Positions 20,589-32,469 of a stretch of 64,000 nucleotides of DNA are shown in pieces. The stretch lies in contig CAWKDB010000010.1 in assembly GCA_963848295.1 (NCBI GenBank), positions 1,248,001 to 1,312,000 on the forward strand. The letters are read 5' to 3'. Under the pieces are notes generated by a model. The model worked only from the letters and a program-made list of their open reading frames with translations. It had not been told where the DNA came from and made no database searches. Both the position numbers and the translations under genes were made by a program. The stretch is from an uncultured delta proteobacterium. GTDB lineage: Bacteria > Myxococcota_A > Polyangia > Haliangiales > Haliangiaceae. The first letter of the stretch is position 1. Each line of letters opens with the position of its first letter.

Positions 20589-21905
20589 TCACGGAAAGAT
20601 GCCGCGCTCTTTGTAGCAATGTTGCAGGCGCTCGAGCCCGATCGCGTAGCTCGCGGTCCGCCAATCCGTCTTCTGCGCGGCGGCGTACTGGCGCACGTTC
20701 GCGTAGGTCTGCTTCATCCGGCGCTCGAGCCGACCGAGCACGTCCGCCATCTCCCATTGCTCGGCGCGCTTGTTCTGCAGCCACTCGTAGTAGCTGACGA
20801 TCACGCCGCCCGAGTTGCACAGAATGTCGGGGATGACGTCGATGCCCTTCTCGAGCAAGATCTCTTCGGCCTCGGGATAGGTCGGACCGTTCGCGCCCTC
20901 GACCATCATCTTGACCTTGAGCGCCTTGGCTTCGGCAACGCCGACCTCGAGCTCGAGCGCGGCGGGCACGAAGATGTGGGCGTCGAGCCCGAAGAACTCC
21001 TCGCGCGTGATCTTCGAAGCGCCTTTGTAGCCGGACACCGTGCTCGCCTTGTGGACGTGCTCGCCGAGCTTGTGCGGGTTGATGCCTTCGGGGTTCGCGA
21101 TGTAGCCGCCGACATCGCCGACGCCGATGATCACGGCGCCCTTCTGCGACAGCAGGCGCGCCGCGTAGCTCCCGACGTTGCCGAAGCCCTGGATGATGAC
21201 CTGGCAGCCGTCGAGGTTGAAGTTCTTGTCCTTCGCCCACTCGGTGATGCAGTGGACGACGCCCTGCCCGGTCGCTTCGGCGCGGCCGTGGCTGCCACCC
21301 GCCGACACGCTCTTGCCGGTGACGACGCCGCGCACCGTGTTGCGATCGGCCGAGCCGACGATGTTCATGTACGTGTCCATCATCCAGACCATCGTCTGGC
21401 TGTTGGTGTTCACGTCGGGCGCCGGAATGTCGGAGTCTGGTCCGATGTTGTTGCCGAGCGCCGCGGTGAACCGCCGCGTGATCCGCTCGAGCTCGCCGCG
21501 CGAGTGCTGGCGCGGGTCGAACTTGACGCCGCCCTTACCGCCGCCGAACGGAATCTCGTGCAGTGCGCTCTTGTAGGTCATCCACGACGCGAGCGCCTTC
21601 ATCTCGTCGAGGTTCGCCTCTTGGTGATAGCGAATGCCGCCCTTGTAGGGCCCGAGGATGTTGTTGTGCTGGACGCGGTAACCCTTGAACATCTCGATCT
21701 TGCCGTTGTCGCGGCGGACCGGGAAGTTGACGATCAACTCGTTCTTCGGCTGATTCAGGATCTGCGCGATGTCTGAATCGATGTTGATCAGCTTCATCGC
21801 CTTTTCGATCTGCGTGGTAGCGATCTCGAAAAGGTTGCCGCGATCCTTGAGCGCGACTTCGGTCTTTGACGACGGCGGCGCGACCGGCGGAGCAACAGTG
21901 GTCAT
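20589..21905 (-). CDS. gdhA: Glu/Leu/Phe/Val dehydrogenase (glutamate dehydrogenase)
   Basis: GPYKGGIRY, GGGKGG, DIPAPDV, ATGQG, QGFGNVG, EGANGP, NSGGVIVSYYEW. Confidence 0.95.
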   Translation of the reverse strand: MTTVAPPVAPPSSKTEVALKDRGNLFEIATTQIEKAMKLINIDSDIAQILNQPKNELIVNFPVRRDNGKIEMFKGYRVQHNNILGPYKGGIRYHQEANLDEMKALASWMTYKSALHEIPFGGGKGGVKFDPRQHSRGELERITRRFTAALGNNIGPDSDIPAPDVNTNSQTMVWMMDTYMNIVGSADRNTVRGVVTGKSVSAGGSHGRAEATGQGVVHCITEWAKDKNFNLDGCQVIIQGFGNVGSYAARLLSQKGAVIIGVGDVGGYIANPEGINPHKLGEHVHKASTVSGYKGASKITREEFFGLDAHIFVPAALELEVGVAEAKALKVKMMVEGANGPTYPEAEEILLEKGIDVIPDILCNSGGVIVSYYEWLQNKRAEQWEMADVLGRLERRMKQTYANVRQYAAAQKTDWRTASYAIGLERLQHCYKERGIFP

Positions 21906-22088
21906 GGTCGAAAGGCGTACCGCCGAGTGCGCGGGTGGGCAACGGCGACGCGGTCATTTCGGCCGCTATTTCCCCGTATTACGCGCGGCGTCACGGAATT
22001 GGACGGCAGCGGGGACGTTCCGCCCGGTGAGTCTCGCATTTGGCGCACCGATCGCGCGACACGGCGCTGGTTCGCTATATACGCAGCC

Positions 22089-23426
22089 GTGGTCGATCTC
22101 GATCGCGTCGCCGATCGCAAGCTCGCTTCGCACCTCGCGGAGGGCGGGCGGTTGCGCGCACTCGTGCTCGAGCTGTGGCAGCGCACGCGGATGGATTGGG
22201 GGTTCGTCACCGATCGGCTCGCGGTGACGTTCCGCAAGGAGAAGTGGATCGGCGCGCACGAGCGCCGGTTCGTGAGCGAGACGCTGTACGGGCTGGTCCG
22301 CAACGTGCGGCGGATCGATCTCGCGATCGCGCGCGGGACCGAGCGCGCTCGGGATCACAAGCCCGGCAGCCCGCGCGATGTCGAGCGCTTGATCGTGTCT
22401 CTGCTACTTGATGGTCTGCTCGATCGCGAGCGTGCCCAGCGCGCGTTGCCTGCGGTCGACATCGAAGCGGCACTGAAGGTCGACGACGAGATCGCGGGGG
22501 AACGCGACGTCGCGAAGCGGATCGCGCTCGCGGCGTCGTTGCCGGATTGGCTCGCCGCGCGCCTCGTCGCGGATTGGGGCGCCGAGGCCGAGGCCCTCGC
22601 TCACGCGCTCAACCACCGAGCGCCGATGACGGTGCGCGCAAATCTCTTGCTTGGCGATCGAGCGCAGCTCGCGGCCGCGCTCGCGAGCGAAGAGCTCGAG
22701 ACGACGCCGGGCCAATGGTCCGACACGGCACTCGTCGTCGAGTCGCGCACGAATCTGTTCGCGACCGCGGCTTTCAAGGCCGGCGCCCTCGAGGCCCAAG
22801 ACGAAGGGAGCCAGCTCCTCGCCGAGCTCGCGGTGCCGGCGACCGCCAAGCCCCTCGTGGTGGATTACTGCGCCGGCGCCGGCGGCAAGACGCTCGCGAT
22901 CGCAGCGGCGCTCGGCAATCGCGGGAGGATCATCGCGACCGACGTCGACGAGCGCAAGCTCGAAGAGCTGCGCCGCCGCGCCCGCCGCGCGAAGGTGTCG
23001 AACGCGCAAGCGATGATGATCGACGATCGCCGGCTCGACGCGTTCGTCGGCAAAGCCGATGTCGTGTTGATCGACGCGCCGTGCTCGGGTCTCGGTGCGC
23101 TCCGTCGCAATCCCGAAGCGCGCTGGCGGTTGCGCGAAGACGAGCTCGCCGGCTTTGCGAAACGACAACGCGAGATCGTCGCCGCCGCAAAGGGGTTGTG
23201 TGCGCCCGGCGGCCGCATCGTCTACGCGACGTGCTCGCTGCTCGGCATCGAAGATCAGGAGGTCGTCGACGCGGTCACCGCGAACGGCGAGCTCGCGCCG
23301 GTGGCGCTACGCGACGTCATCGGCGCAGACCGCGCGGCGGCACTCGGCGATGGCGAGTCCTTGGTGGTCACGCCCCATCGCCACGGCACCGACGGGTTCT
23401 TCGCGCGCGTGTTGCGCAAGGCGTAA
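22089..23426 (+). CDS. RsmB/NOP-family SAM-dependent RNA m5C methyltransferase
   Basis: QDEGSQL, DYCAGAGGKT, DAPCSGLG..RRNPE, YATCS, HGTDGFF. Confidence 0.93.
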   Translation: MVDLDRVADRKLASHLAEGGRLRALVLELWQRTRMDWGFVTDRLAVTFRKEKWIGAHERRFVSETLYGLVRNVRRIDLAIARGTERARDHKPGSPRDVERLIVSLLLDGLLDRERAQRALPAVDIEAALKVDDEIAGERDVAKRIALAASLPDWLAARLVADWGAEAEALAHALNHRAPMTVRANLLLGDRAQLAAALASEELETTPGQWSDTALVVESRTNLFATAAFKAGALEAQDEGSQLLAELAVPATAKPLVVDYCAGAGGKTLAIAAALGNRGRIIATDVDERKLEELRRRARRAKVSNAQAMMIDDRRLDAFVGKADVVLIDAPCSGLGALRRNPEARWRLREDELAGFAKRQREIVAAAKGLCAPGGRIVYATCSLLGIEDQEVVDAVTANGELAPVALRDVIGADRAAALGDGESLVVTPHRHGTDGFFARVLRKA

Positions 23427-23577
23427 GACGTCACCTTCTCCGTCGAGGACGCCGGCCGGCATCGCCCCTGCATTTGCCCAGGCGATGACCTCGGTTTCGA
23501 CCACCGCGCCGGTTCGGGCAACGCTCGACGTTGAGATCGGCAACGTCGCGGGGCCACATGGTACGTTCAGTCGTCCG

Positions 23578-25311
23578 ATGCCCATCGACGTAGCAGTGAT
23601 CCGCGACCTCGCGGCGTTACGTGCGATCGAGGGCGAGTGGCGCGAGCTGTCCGCACGCGGCGGCACGGGTGCGTTGTTTCGCGGCCCGGACTGGCTGATT
23701 CCGTGGTGGCACGCCTATCACAACACGCTCGCCGCCGAGCTCCACGTGTTGGTCGGCAGGTCGACGATCGTCGACTCGACCGGCACGCCACCAGGCGCAC
23801 TCGTCTGCCTTGCGCCGCTGTACCTGCGCACCGTCAAGGTCGCGCTGCTCGATACCCGCGAGCTGCGCTTGCTCGGCGATGCCGGCCCGCGGCCGCCGGC
23901 CCTCGACCTGCTCGCACTTCCGGGGTGGGAGGATCGCGCCGGCGCCGCGATCGCGAAGGCTTTGATCGACGACGCGGCGAATTGGGATGTCGTCGACCTC
24001 GAGCCGCTCGCCGATCCGTCGCGAGTGCGCGCGAACCTCGTGCAACGCATGGCCCCCGCTGGGTTCACGGTCGAGAGCTCCGCGACCGCGGGCGGAGCGA
24101 CCCGCATCGCGTTGACGTCGGCGCCTGCCGATGCGAGCGAGCACGGCATCGTCACGACGTTCGGTGACGACCCGGTCGCGCTGCGCAAGGGCATGAGCGC
24201 GTTGCGCCGGCTATCCCGGCTCGAGTGGGCCGAACGTGACGAACCCTCTCCGCTCGCCGACAACGAAGCGTCGTCGCTGCTCGAAGAGGTCACGCTCGAG
24301 CTCGGCAAGACCGGGCGGGTTCGGCTCGCGCGGCTCGACGACGCGACCGGCGAAGCCGTCGCCGCGGCGCTGATCATCGACGACGCCGATCGCGCGATCG
24401 TGCTCGCGCTCGCCGTCGATCCGTACGTCGCGACGCGCGGTGCGCCGCAGCGCTTGCTCCACGCCGAAGCGCTGTCCGCTCGATCGCGCGGTTGCATCGC
24501 GCTCGATGTCGTGACCGGCGCGGGCGAGTATCCGCTCGCGACGCTGCCGACCTCGAAGCAACCGGCGCTCGCGGTGCGGATCTGGGGTCACTCGACGACC
24601 GCATCGGTCGGTCGCACGTATTCGAACGTCGCGCGCCGCGCTCGGCGGGCTCGCGAGACCCCTTCGGTGGCCGCGGCGCAAGCGCGTGCGGCATGGACCC
24701 GGATCCGCCACGCCGCGGCGAGCGTCGCGCAGTTCGAGCGCTATCACCTCTATCGTGGCCAGCTGTGGACGCGCGGCATCCTGCCGCCCGCCGGGTTAGA
24801 GCTGCACGCGTTCACCGAGGCGGACTACGACAAGCTCGACGAAGCCGGTCGCGCCGATCTGGTCGAACAGCTCGCGCTCGACGAGCTGACCGCGCGCAAG
24901 TTGTGGCGGCGCGGCGATCGCGCGGTGCTCGCGCGGCTCGGGATTCGCCCCGCCGGCATCGCCTGGACGGCGCGCGGCCCGGTCGAGGCGCCCGAGCTCG
25001 GCCGGATCTTGCAGCTCGCCAAGTACGACGCGTACATCCATAGCGTGTTTGTCGCGCCCGCTGCGCGCGGTCGTGCGGTGGCGCCGGTCATGCTCGAGCA
25101 CGTCGCGAAGGACTTGCGAGAGACCGATGCGTATCGATCGTGGGCGTTGATCGCGGCCGACAACCAAGCGTCCTTGCGCGCGTTCCAGAAGGCGTCGTTC
25201 ACGCCGGTGTGCGACATCATCCACGCCAAGATGGCGACGGTCGATCGCGTCGTGTGCCGCCCGCCGGATCCAGAAGCGCTCGAGCTCCTCGGGCTCGAAT
25301 CGCGCAGCTAG
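23578..25311 (+). CDS. Tandem GNAT acetyltransferase (CelD/BcsL-like N-terminal + GNAT C-terminal)
   Basis: F..PDWLIPWW..Y, LVCLAPLY (CelD-like); VFVAPAARGRAVA and NQASLRAFQKASF (GNAT motifs A and B). Confidence 0.8.
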   Translation: MPIDVAVIRDLAALRAIEGEWRELSARGGTGALFRGPDWLIPWWHAYHNTLAAELHVLVGRSTIVDSTGTPPGALVCLAPLYLRTVKVALLDTRELRLLGDAGPRPPALDLLALPGWEDRAGAAIAKALIDDAANWDVVDLEPLADPSRVRANLVQRMAPAGFTVESSATAGGATRIALTSAPADASEHGIVTTFGDDPVALRKGMSALRRLSRLEWAERDEPSPLADNEASSLLEEVTLELGKTGRVRLARLDDATGEAVAAALIIDDADRAIVLALAVDPYVATRGAPQRLLHAEALSARSRGCIALDVVTGAGEYPLATLPTSKQPALAVRIWGHSTTASVGRTYSNVARRARRARETPSVAAAQARAAWTRIRHAAASVAQFERYHLYRGQLWTRGILPPAGLELHAFTEADYDKLDEAGRADLVEQLALDELTARKLWRRGDRAVLARLGIRPAGIAWTARGPVEAPELGRILQLAKYDAYIHSVFVAPAARGRAVAPVMLEHVAKDLRETDAYRSWALIAADNQASLRAFQKASFTPVCDIIHAKMATVDRVVCRPPDPEALELLGLESRS

Positions 25312-25321
25312 ATCTCGTCGA

Positions 25322-25377
25322 CATCGACGTGAACCCCGAACCTGAACGCCACGTTTGACGTTGACCTTGACCTCGAC
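25322..25377. repeat. Hexamer-periodic (TTGACG/TGAACC-type) repeat tract
   Basis: gtgaaccccgaacctgaacgccacgtttgacgttgaccttgacctcgac; a related inverted tract lies at 25714-25767. Confidence 0.6.
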
Positions 25378-25404
25378 GGCCGGTGCGCGTGCGCTGCTCC
25401 AGAG

Positions 25405-25548
25405 TCACCTCCGGCCGTGCCGCGTGTCAGGGCTCGTCGTGGCTCTTTTCAAGCAGAAGCAATGGGGCTGACGCGTCGAGCTCCTTCTGGCGATGAACAC
25501 GACCGCCACGAGGACGATCACGAGCAGCACGAGAAGCAACGCGAGCAT
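25405..25548 (-). CDS. Putative 47-aa single-TM small protein
   Basis: MLALLLVLLVIVLVAVVFIARR...; TATCCT -10-like hexamer 6 nt before ATG, as for other genes here. Confidence 0.4.
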   Translation of the reverse strand: MLALLLVLLVIVLVAVVFIARRSSTRQPHCFCLKRATTSPDTRHGRR

Positions 25549-25713
25549 CCGCGCAGGATATCGAATGGGAACATGCCAGCTGTCACAATCGACTCGGTTC
25601 CGCATGCCGCCGCTGACCGCCTCTCGATCACAGATGCGAACCACATCGCGCGCGGAATCGCGCCTCTTGGTGATGAGCCGAGCCACCGTCGGTTGATGCC
25701 CGGGTCCGGGCGC

Positions 25714-25767
25714 GTCGACGTCAATGACCACGGTGGGGTTCAGGTTCAAGTTCACGTCAACGTCAAA
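25714..25767. repeat. Hexamer-periodic repeat tract, inverted relative to 25322-25377
   Basis: ggggttcaggttcaagttcacgtcaacgtcaaa. Confidence 0.6.
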
Positions 25768-25773
25768 TGATCG

Positions 25774-26046
25774 CTAGGCGATCGCGAAGCTCCGGTCGAT
25801 CCCGGTCGGCTCGAGCTCTTCGACCGCAACGTGGGTGACCCGCGCTGCGGGTGGGCCATGCTCGCACCACGTGAGGAGCGCGGCGACGGCGTCGGGCGGC
25901 GCTTCCGCCTCGAGCTCGACGCGCCCGTCCGCGAGGTTCCGCACCCAGCCTACAACACCGAGCCGGCGGGCCTCGGCGGCGGTCGACGCGCGGTACGACA
26001 CGCCTTGCACGCGCCCCGTGACGACGGCTCGCACCCGGCGATGCAT
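25774..26046 (-). CDS. acyP: Acylphosphatase
   Basis: [30 protein letters not shown]. Confidence 0.93.
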   Translation of the reverse strand: MHRRVRAVVTGRVQGVSYRASTAAEARRLGVVGWVRNLADGRVELEAEAPPDAVAALLTWCEHGPPAARVTHVAVEELEPTGIDRSFAIA

Positions 26047-26116
26047 GAGACGAGTCTCGGAGATATCGCTCGGCGCTGCTAGAGGTTGGAGCCGTCGACC
26101 TGATAGCTTCGAACGG

Positions 26117-26989
26117 ATGGCCCGCGTGCTCAGGCTCCCCGACCACGGTCGGCTGCTCGTGTGCACGGATCTACAGGGCTGCATGCGCGACTACTTGCGC
26201 TTTGTCGAAGTCTTCGAGGAAGCGCTCCACGCCAACCACGGCGACGCGCACGTGCTGTTCACCGGCGACTTGATCCACGGGCCGCACATCGATCCCGATG
26301 ATTGGCCGGACTTCCTCGGGGAGTACTATCGCGACCAGTCCGGCGAGGTCATGATCGCGTACGCCGGGTTGGCGGCGCAGTACCCGGGACGAGTCCACGC
26401 GTTGCTCGGCAACCACGAGCACGGCCACATCGGCGGGCCACACACCGCGAAGTTCGCCGCCGACGAGGTCGCGCTGCTCGAGCACATCCTCGGATCGGCG
26501 GGGACGGCGCGGATGCGGGGCATCATCCACACGTTCGCGCTCGCGGCGGTGTCGAAGTGTGGCGCGGTATTCACGCACGGAGCGCCGGCGGCGGTGGTGG
26601 ACTCGATCGCGGACCTTGAGGCAGCCGACCTCAGCGGTGCGCACTACGCGAGCCCGCTCGACGTGCTCGATACGCCGATCGTCGGCAAGGTGTTGTGGGC
26701 GCGGTCGGCGACCGAGAGCGAGGCGCGGCGGTTCCTGCGCGCGATGAACGGCACGATGAGCATCTACGGCCACGACGTGATCCCGGAAGGGTTCGAGATG
26801 GTCGGCGACGAGCAGATCGTCGTGTCGACGAGCTTCGGCGTGTTCGACTCGAACAAGGTCTACGTGTCGCTCGACCTCGCGGCGAAGTACCGGGGCGTGC
26901 ACGACCTGCGGATCGGCCACGAGATCCTGCCGTTGTATCCAGACAAAGCGCCGGCTCGGCTCGGCGGGCACGCGCGCGCCTCCGGTTGA
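26117..26989 (+). CDS. Calcineurin-like metallophosphoesterase
   Basis: TDLQG, TGDLIHG, LLGNHE, THG, YGHD motifs. Confidence 0.88.
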   Translation: MARVLRLPDHGRLLVCTDLQGCMRDYLRFVEVFEEALHANHGDAHVLFTGDLIHGPHIDPDDWPDFLGEYYRDQSGEVMIAYAGLAAQYPGRVHALLGNHEHGHIGGPHTAKFAADEVALLEHILGSAGTARMRGIIHTFALAAVSKCGAVFTHGAPAAVVDSIADLEAADLSGAHYASPLDVLDTPIVGKVLWARSATESEARRFLRAMNGTMSIYGHDVIPEGFEMVGDEQIVVSTSFGVFDSNKVYVSLDLAAKYRGVHDLRIGHEILPLYPDKAPARLGGHARASG

Positions 26990-27073
26990 CAAAGTGAACA
27001 CCGTCCCCAGTTAAGATCGCGAGATCGTTTGGGATGGTTTGACGTCGCGGTTGACAGGTAGAACACCGTCCCC
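26985..27073 (-). repeat. Direct pair of 24-bp GGGGACG..GTCAAC repeats
   Basis: gttgacaaagtgaacaccgtcccc (26985-27008) and gttgacaggtagaacaccgtcccc (27050-27073). Confidence 0.8.
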
Positions 27074-27123
27074 GTTTGGAGGGCTTGCATTCGAGCCGTT
27101 ACGTCCCTATACATGCGGGCCCC

Positions 27124-27339
27124 ATGAAGGACACCGCTGGACATCCGCATTACCGCCCCGCTCACATCACGTGTGCATGCGGCGCGGTCCACGACACGTT
27201 CTCCACCAGAGGCGACTTCGGTATCGACATCTGCTCGAACTGCCATCCGTTTTTCACCGGTAAGCAGAAGCTGATGGATACGGCTGGCCGGATCGACCGG
27301 TTCAACAAGAAGTACGCGAAGACGCCCGGCAAGGCGTAA
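27124..27339 (+). CDS. rpmE: 50S ribosomal protein L31 (zinc-binding type)
   Basis: [36 protein letters not shown]. Confidence 0.96.
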   Translation: MKDTAGHPHYRPAHITCACGAVHDTFSTRGDFGIDICSNCHPFFTGKQKLMDTAGRIDRFNKKYAKTPGKA

Positions 27340-27393
27340 GCCGGCTGCCGGGTTTGGTAGCGTCGGCACAGCCAGCCGGGCCGCGACGCTGTC

Positions 27394-28485
<1,092 letters not shown>

Positions 28486-28488
28486 GCG

Positions 28489-29025
28489 CTACTTCACGAG
28501 CTTGCTGAGTTGGGCCTTCATCTGGTCGACCTCTCCGTCGACATCGCCCTTCTCGAACCCGCCGCGGATGTAGCGAATGACACCCTGCGGATCGGCGAGC
28601 ACGGTGGTCGGCATATGATCGGAGCCGTACTTCGCCGCGACCGCCGATTCCGGCGACAGGTAGACGCGGGCCAGGTTCTTGAGCTTCACCTTGTTGTGGA
28701 AGTCTTTGCCGGTGTCGATCTTCTCGTCGAGATCGACCGCGACGAACTCGACCTTGGCTTTCCACGACGGCGCGAGCTTGTCCCACGCGGGTAGCTCCTT
28801 CGCGCACGGTCCGCACCACGACGCGCCGAACGTCAGCATCAGCCACTTGCCCTTGTAGGCCTTGATGCGGAACGCCTTGCCGTTCGCGTCGACCGCACCG
28901 TCGAGCTCGCTCAACCGATCGCCGACCTTGAGCCCGTCGGCGCGCGCGGTGCGCAGGCTGGCGACCGCGAGCAAGCCAACGACGAGGACGGTGCGCATGG
29001 CGGTGAGACGTACGGCCAGGCTCAT
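28489..29025 (-). CDS. TlpA-family thiol:disulfide oxidoreductase
   Basis: ASWCGPCAKELP; signal peptide; alternative start at 28998. Confidence 0.88.
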   Translation of the reverse strand: MSLAVRLTAMRTVLVVGLLAVASLRTARADGLKVGDRLSELDGAVDANGKAFRIKAYKGKWLMLTFGASWCGPCAKELPAWDKLAPSWKAKVEFVAVDLDEKIDTGKDFHNKVKLKNLARVYLSPESAVAAKYGSDHMPTTVLADPQGVIRYIRGGFEKGDVDGEVDQMKAQLSKLVK

Positions 29026-29936
29026 CGATTCACCGCCAGCTCTTCATCGATCCACATCTCGATGTAGCGCGGGTGCATCGGACCTTCGTACTTGCGGTTG
29101 TTGAAGAACAAGGTAGGCGTCGAGTCCACACCCACGCTCTCGCCTTGGTGCAGGTCGGCTTCGACCTGCGGCAGCGCCTCGGCGTAGTCCGCTTCGAACT
29201 TCGTCATGTCGAGCCCGATCTTCTTCGCCATCTCGGTGACCTGCTCGTGGTCCTGGTTCGGCGCGTTCTCGAACAGCAGATCGTTCATCTCCTTGAACTT
29301 GCCCTGCGCGTTCGCCGCGAGTGCGGCGGACGAGGCGCTCTTCGAGTTCTCGTGCTTCTCGAGCGGGAACTGCAGGAAGTACTCGACGACCTTGCCTTGC
29401 TCGTCGGCGAGGACCTTCTCCATCATCGGCTTGAACGCCTGGCAGTGCGGGCAGCCGTAGTCGTAGAACTCGACGAGTCGAACCGGCGCGCCCTCGGTGC
29501 CGGCGTGAGGCGCGTGGCTGACGTCGAGCTTGACGGTCGGAATGCCCTGCTTGTACTTCGCTTCCCACGCTTCGCGGACCTGATCCTCGGGCACCTCATC
29601 TTGCAGCAGCGACAAGACGTAGCGCACCGCGAACGGCGCGCGCTTGCACGACGTGTCGCTCGTGTACGACTTGCGCAGGCTCTCGTTGCCTTTACCGCAT
29701 GGCGACTCGAGCGAGTCGATCAGCTTGTAAAACACCTGCTGCTTGTCGGTGTCGATCTTGGTCAGGTCGATGCCCTGCAGCGGGGTCGTGTCGACCGGTC
29801 CACTCGGGGCGGCCGATCCGGAGCCGGCTTCGAGCGCGGCGGCCGCGCCTTTGTCGGGGGTTTCCGGCTTCTTCTCGCACGCGCCACCCATGAGCAGCGG
29901 CGTGCAAACTAGGGCGAGCAACGCGGACTTGAACAC
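29022..29936 (-). CDS. DsbA-family thioredoxin-domain lipoprotein
   Basis: EFYDYGCPHC, FPL, GVDSTPTLFFN. Confidence 0.88.
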   Translation of the reverse strand: MFKSALLALVCTPLLMGGACEKKPETPDKGAAAALEAGSGSAAPSGPVDTTPLQGIDLTKIDTDKQQVFYKLIDSLESPCGKGNESLRKSYTSDTSCKRAPFAVRYVLSLLQDEVPEDQVREAWEAKYKQGIPTVKLDVSHAPHAGTEGAPVRLVEFYDYGCPHCQAFKPMMEKVLADEQGKVVEYFLQFPLEKHENSKSASSAALAANAQGKFKEMNDLLFENAPNQDHEQVTEMAKKIGLDMTKFEADYAEALPQVEADLHQGESVGVDSTPTLFFNNRKYEGPMHPRYIEMWIDEELAVNR

Positions 29937-30021
29937 CCGCAGGTTGTAGCCCCGCGAACCCGGACGTTCAAGTCTGACCGCGGTCGGTTGACGAGCTGCG
30001 TCACGAGCGGTACAAGACCGA

Positions 30022-30041
30022 CTGAATGACGGTTCATTCAG
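30022..30041. promoter_or_regulatory. FadR(YsiA)-type operator overlapping the TetR start codon
   Basis: CTGAATGA-CGGT-TCATTCAG palindrome; TTGACG (29988)-N17-TACAAG (30011) promoter just upstream. Confidence 0.75.
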
Positions 30042-30673
30042 CCGCCGAGAAGGCGCCGGACAAGCGGGCCCGGATCCTGAGCGCGGCGGAGCGGATCTTC
30101 GCGCGCCACGGGTTCTTCGCGGCCAAGGTCGCCGACGTGGCGAAAGAAGCGGGCGTCGCCGACGGTACGATCTACCTCTACTTCAAGAGCAAGGACGATC
30201 TGCTGATCTCGGTGTTCGAGCGCCGGATGGAGCAGGTCAACAGCCAGCTGCGCGCCGCGACCGGCAAGCTCGCGCCCAAGCAACAGCTCGTCGCGTTCGT
30301 CCGGACCTACTTGCAGCTCGTTCATGACGAGCCGGCGGCGGCCGAAGTGCTCACGATCGAGCTCCGCCAGTCGAGCAAGTTCATGAAGGAGTACGACAAC
30401 CCGCAGTTCGCGGATTTCCTGCGCATGCTCGGCGGCATCATCGCGGCCGGCCAGGACGCCGGCGACTTCGACGATGCGATCCCGTCGCATATCGTCGCGC
30501 GCTTGATCTTCGGCATGCTCGACGAGCTCGCGCTCGCGTGGGTGCTCGGGCGGGCGAGTTTCGGTGCCGGCGCCCCTGGAACGCGTCCGAAGAAGTTCGA
30601 TATCGTGCGCGCGGCCGACTGGGCTCTCGCGCTCGTCACGACCGGCCTGGTTCGAAAGGAGACGTCACCGTGA
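30026..30673 (+). CDS. TetR-family regulator, FadR/YsiA-like
   Basis: [29 protein letters not shown]; translationally coupled to etfB. Confidence 0.9.
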   Translation: MTVHSAAEKAPDKRARILSAAERIFARHGFFAAKVADVAKEAGVADGTIYLYFKSKDDLLISVFERRMEQVNSQLRAATGKLAPKQQLVAFVRTYLQLVHDEPAAAEVLTIELRQSSKFMKEYDNPQFADFLRMLGGIIAAGQDAGDFDDAIPSHIVARLIFGMLDELALAWVLGRASFGAGAPGTRPKKFDIVRAADWALALVTTGLVRKETSP

Positions 30674-31488
30674 AGATTCTCGTCCCCGTCAAGCGCGTTC
30701 CCGACCCCACCCAGAGACCGAAGCTCAAGGACGGCCACATCGACCTCACCGGCGCGTCGTGGATCGTCAATACGTTCGACGAGTACGCCGTCGAGACCGC
30801 GCTGCGGTTGCTCGAAAATGGCGACTCGAACACGCGCACCGCCGGCAGCGAGATCGTCGTGGTGTCGCTCGGGCCCGACGAAGCCGCGAAAGAGATCCGC
30901 ACGACGCTCGCGATGGGCGCCGATCGCGCGATCCACGTCGTGTGCAAAGACGAAGAGATCGATTCGCTCGCGGTCGTGAAGGTGCTCGCGGCGATCATCG
31001 CGACCGAGAAACCCGACCTGGTCGTGATGGGCAAGCAAGCGGTCGACGGCGACGCGAACCAGGTCGGCCAGATGCTCGCCGGCAAGCTCGGCTGGCCGCA
31101 GGCGACGTTCGCCGCATCGATCGAAATGAAGGACAACGCGCTGTCGGTCGGCCGCGAGGTCGACGGCGGCGTCGAGCACAAGAAGGTGCCGATGCCCGCG
31201 GTCGTCACCGTGGATCTCCGCATCGTGTCGAGTCACGCGATCCACAACGGCATCACGCCAGCGACGTTCGCGTACTCCGGCGAAGGCGCGCGCCTGCCGT
31301 CACTCAAGGGCATCATGGCGGCGAAGAAGAAGCCGATGGCCGTGACCAAGCTCGCCGACTACAGCGCCGGGCCCCCCGCGATCAAGGAGATCAGCGTGAC
31401 GCTGCCGCCGCCGCGAGCGGCTGGCCAGATCGTCGCGGACATCCCGACCCTCGTGAAGAAACTCGCCGAAGAAGCGAAGGTGCTCTGA
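30670..31488 (+). CDS. etfB: Electron transfer flavoprotein beta subunit
   Basis: [36 protein letters not shown]. Confidence 0.95.
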   Translation: MKILVPVKRVPDPTQRPKLKDGHIDLTGASWIVNTFDEYAVETALRLLENGDSNTRTAGSEIVVVSLGPDEAAKEIRTTLAMGADRAIHVVCKDEEIDSLAVVKVLAAIIATEKPDLVVMGKQAVDGDANQVGQMLAGKLGWPQATFAASIEMKDNALSVGREVDGGVEHKKVPMPAVVTVDLRIVSSHAIHNGITPATFAYSGEGARLPSLKGIMAAKKKPMAVTKLADYSAGPPAIKEISVTLPPPRAAGQIVADIPTLVKKLAEEAKVL

Positions 31489-32456
31489 TGCCGAACGTCC
31501 TCGCATTCTGTGAATTCACCGGCACGGCGCTGCGCACGAGCGCGCTATCGAACCTCGCGTTCGCACGGCAAGCCGCGACCGCGCACGGCGGCGATGTCAT
31601 CGCGTTGCTCGTCGGTCACGGCGCCGCGGCCGCGGGCGCGACGGCCGCGAAGTACGCGCCGAAGGTGGTCACCGTCGAAGACCCCAAGCTCGAGCACTAC
31701 CTCGCCGAGACCTACGCGCCGATCGTCGCGCGGCTCGCGAAGGACCAAGGCGCTTCGGTCGTGTGTGCGACCGCGACCGCGCTCGGCAAGGACTTGCTGC
31801 CGCGCGTCGCCGCGTTGCTCGATGCCGGCATGGCGTCGGACGTCGCGAAGCTCGCGGCGAAGAACCAGTTCGTCCGGCCGATCCTCGCGGGCAACGCGTA
31901 CTCCACGGTCGAGATCGGAACGCCGATCATCTGCGTGACGCCGCGCCAGTCCGAGTTCGAGTCCGCCGCGGAGCTCGGCTCGGCGGGCAGCGTGACCGCG
32001 GCGCCGGCCGGTGAGATCAACGCCCTCGGCGCGGTGTTCGAGAAGCTCGACGCGCAGAAGAGCGATCGCCCGGAGCTCGGCGACGCGAAGGTCGTCGTGT
32101 CCGGCGGCCGTGGCATGCGCAACGGCGAGAACTTCAAGGTGCTCGAAGAGCTCGCCGACTTGCTCGGCGCCGCGATGGGCGCCTCGCGCGCCGCGACCGA
32201 CGCGGGCATGGTCCCCGCCGATTGGCAGGTCGGCCAGACCGGCAAGATCGTCGCGCCGCAGCTGTACTTCGCGGTCGCGATCTCCGGCGCGATCCAGCAC
32301 CTCGCCGGCATGAAGGGCAGCAAGACGATCGTCGCGATCAACAAGAAGGGCGACGAGCCGATCTTCCAGGTCGCCGACTACGGCATCGTGCAGGAGTGGG
32401 AAAAAGCGATCCCCGAGCTCATCGCCGAGATCAAGAAGCTCAAGGCGACTCGGTAG
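31488..32456 (+). CDS. etfA: Electron transfer flavoprotein alpha subunit
   Basis: [33 protein letters not shown]. Confidence 0.95.
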   Translation: MPNVLAFCEFTGTALRTSALSNLAFARQAATAHGGDVIALLVGHGAAAAGATAAKYAPKVVTVEDPKLEHYLAETYAPIVARLAKDQGASVVCATATALGKDLLPRVAALLDAGMASDVAKLAAKNQFVRPILAGNAYSTVEIGTPIICVTPRQSEFESAAELGSAGSVTAAPAGEINALGAVFEKLDAQKSDRPELGDAKVVVSGGRGMRNGENFKVLEELADLLGAAMGASRAATDAGMVPADWQVGQTGKIVAPQLYFAVAISGAIQHLAGMKGSKTIVAINKKGDEPIFQVADYGIVQEWEKAIPELIAEIKKLKATR

Positions 32457-32469
32457 AGCGGTTACACGG

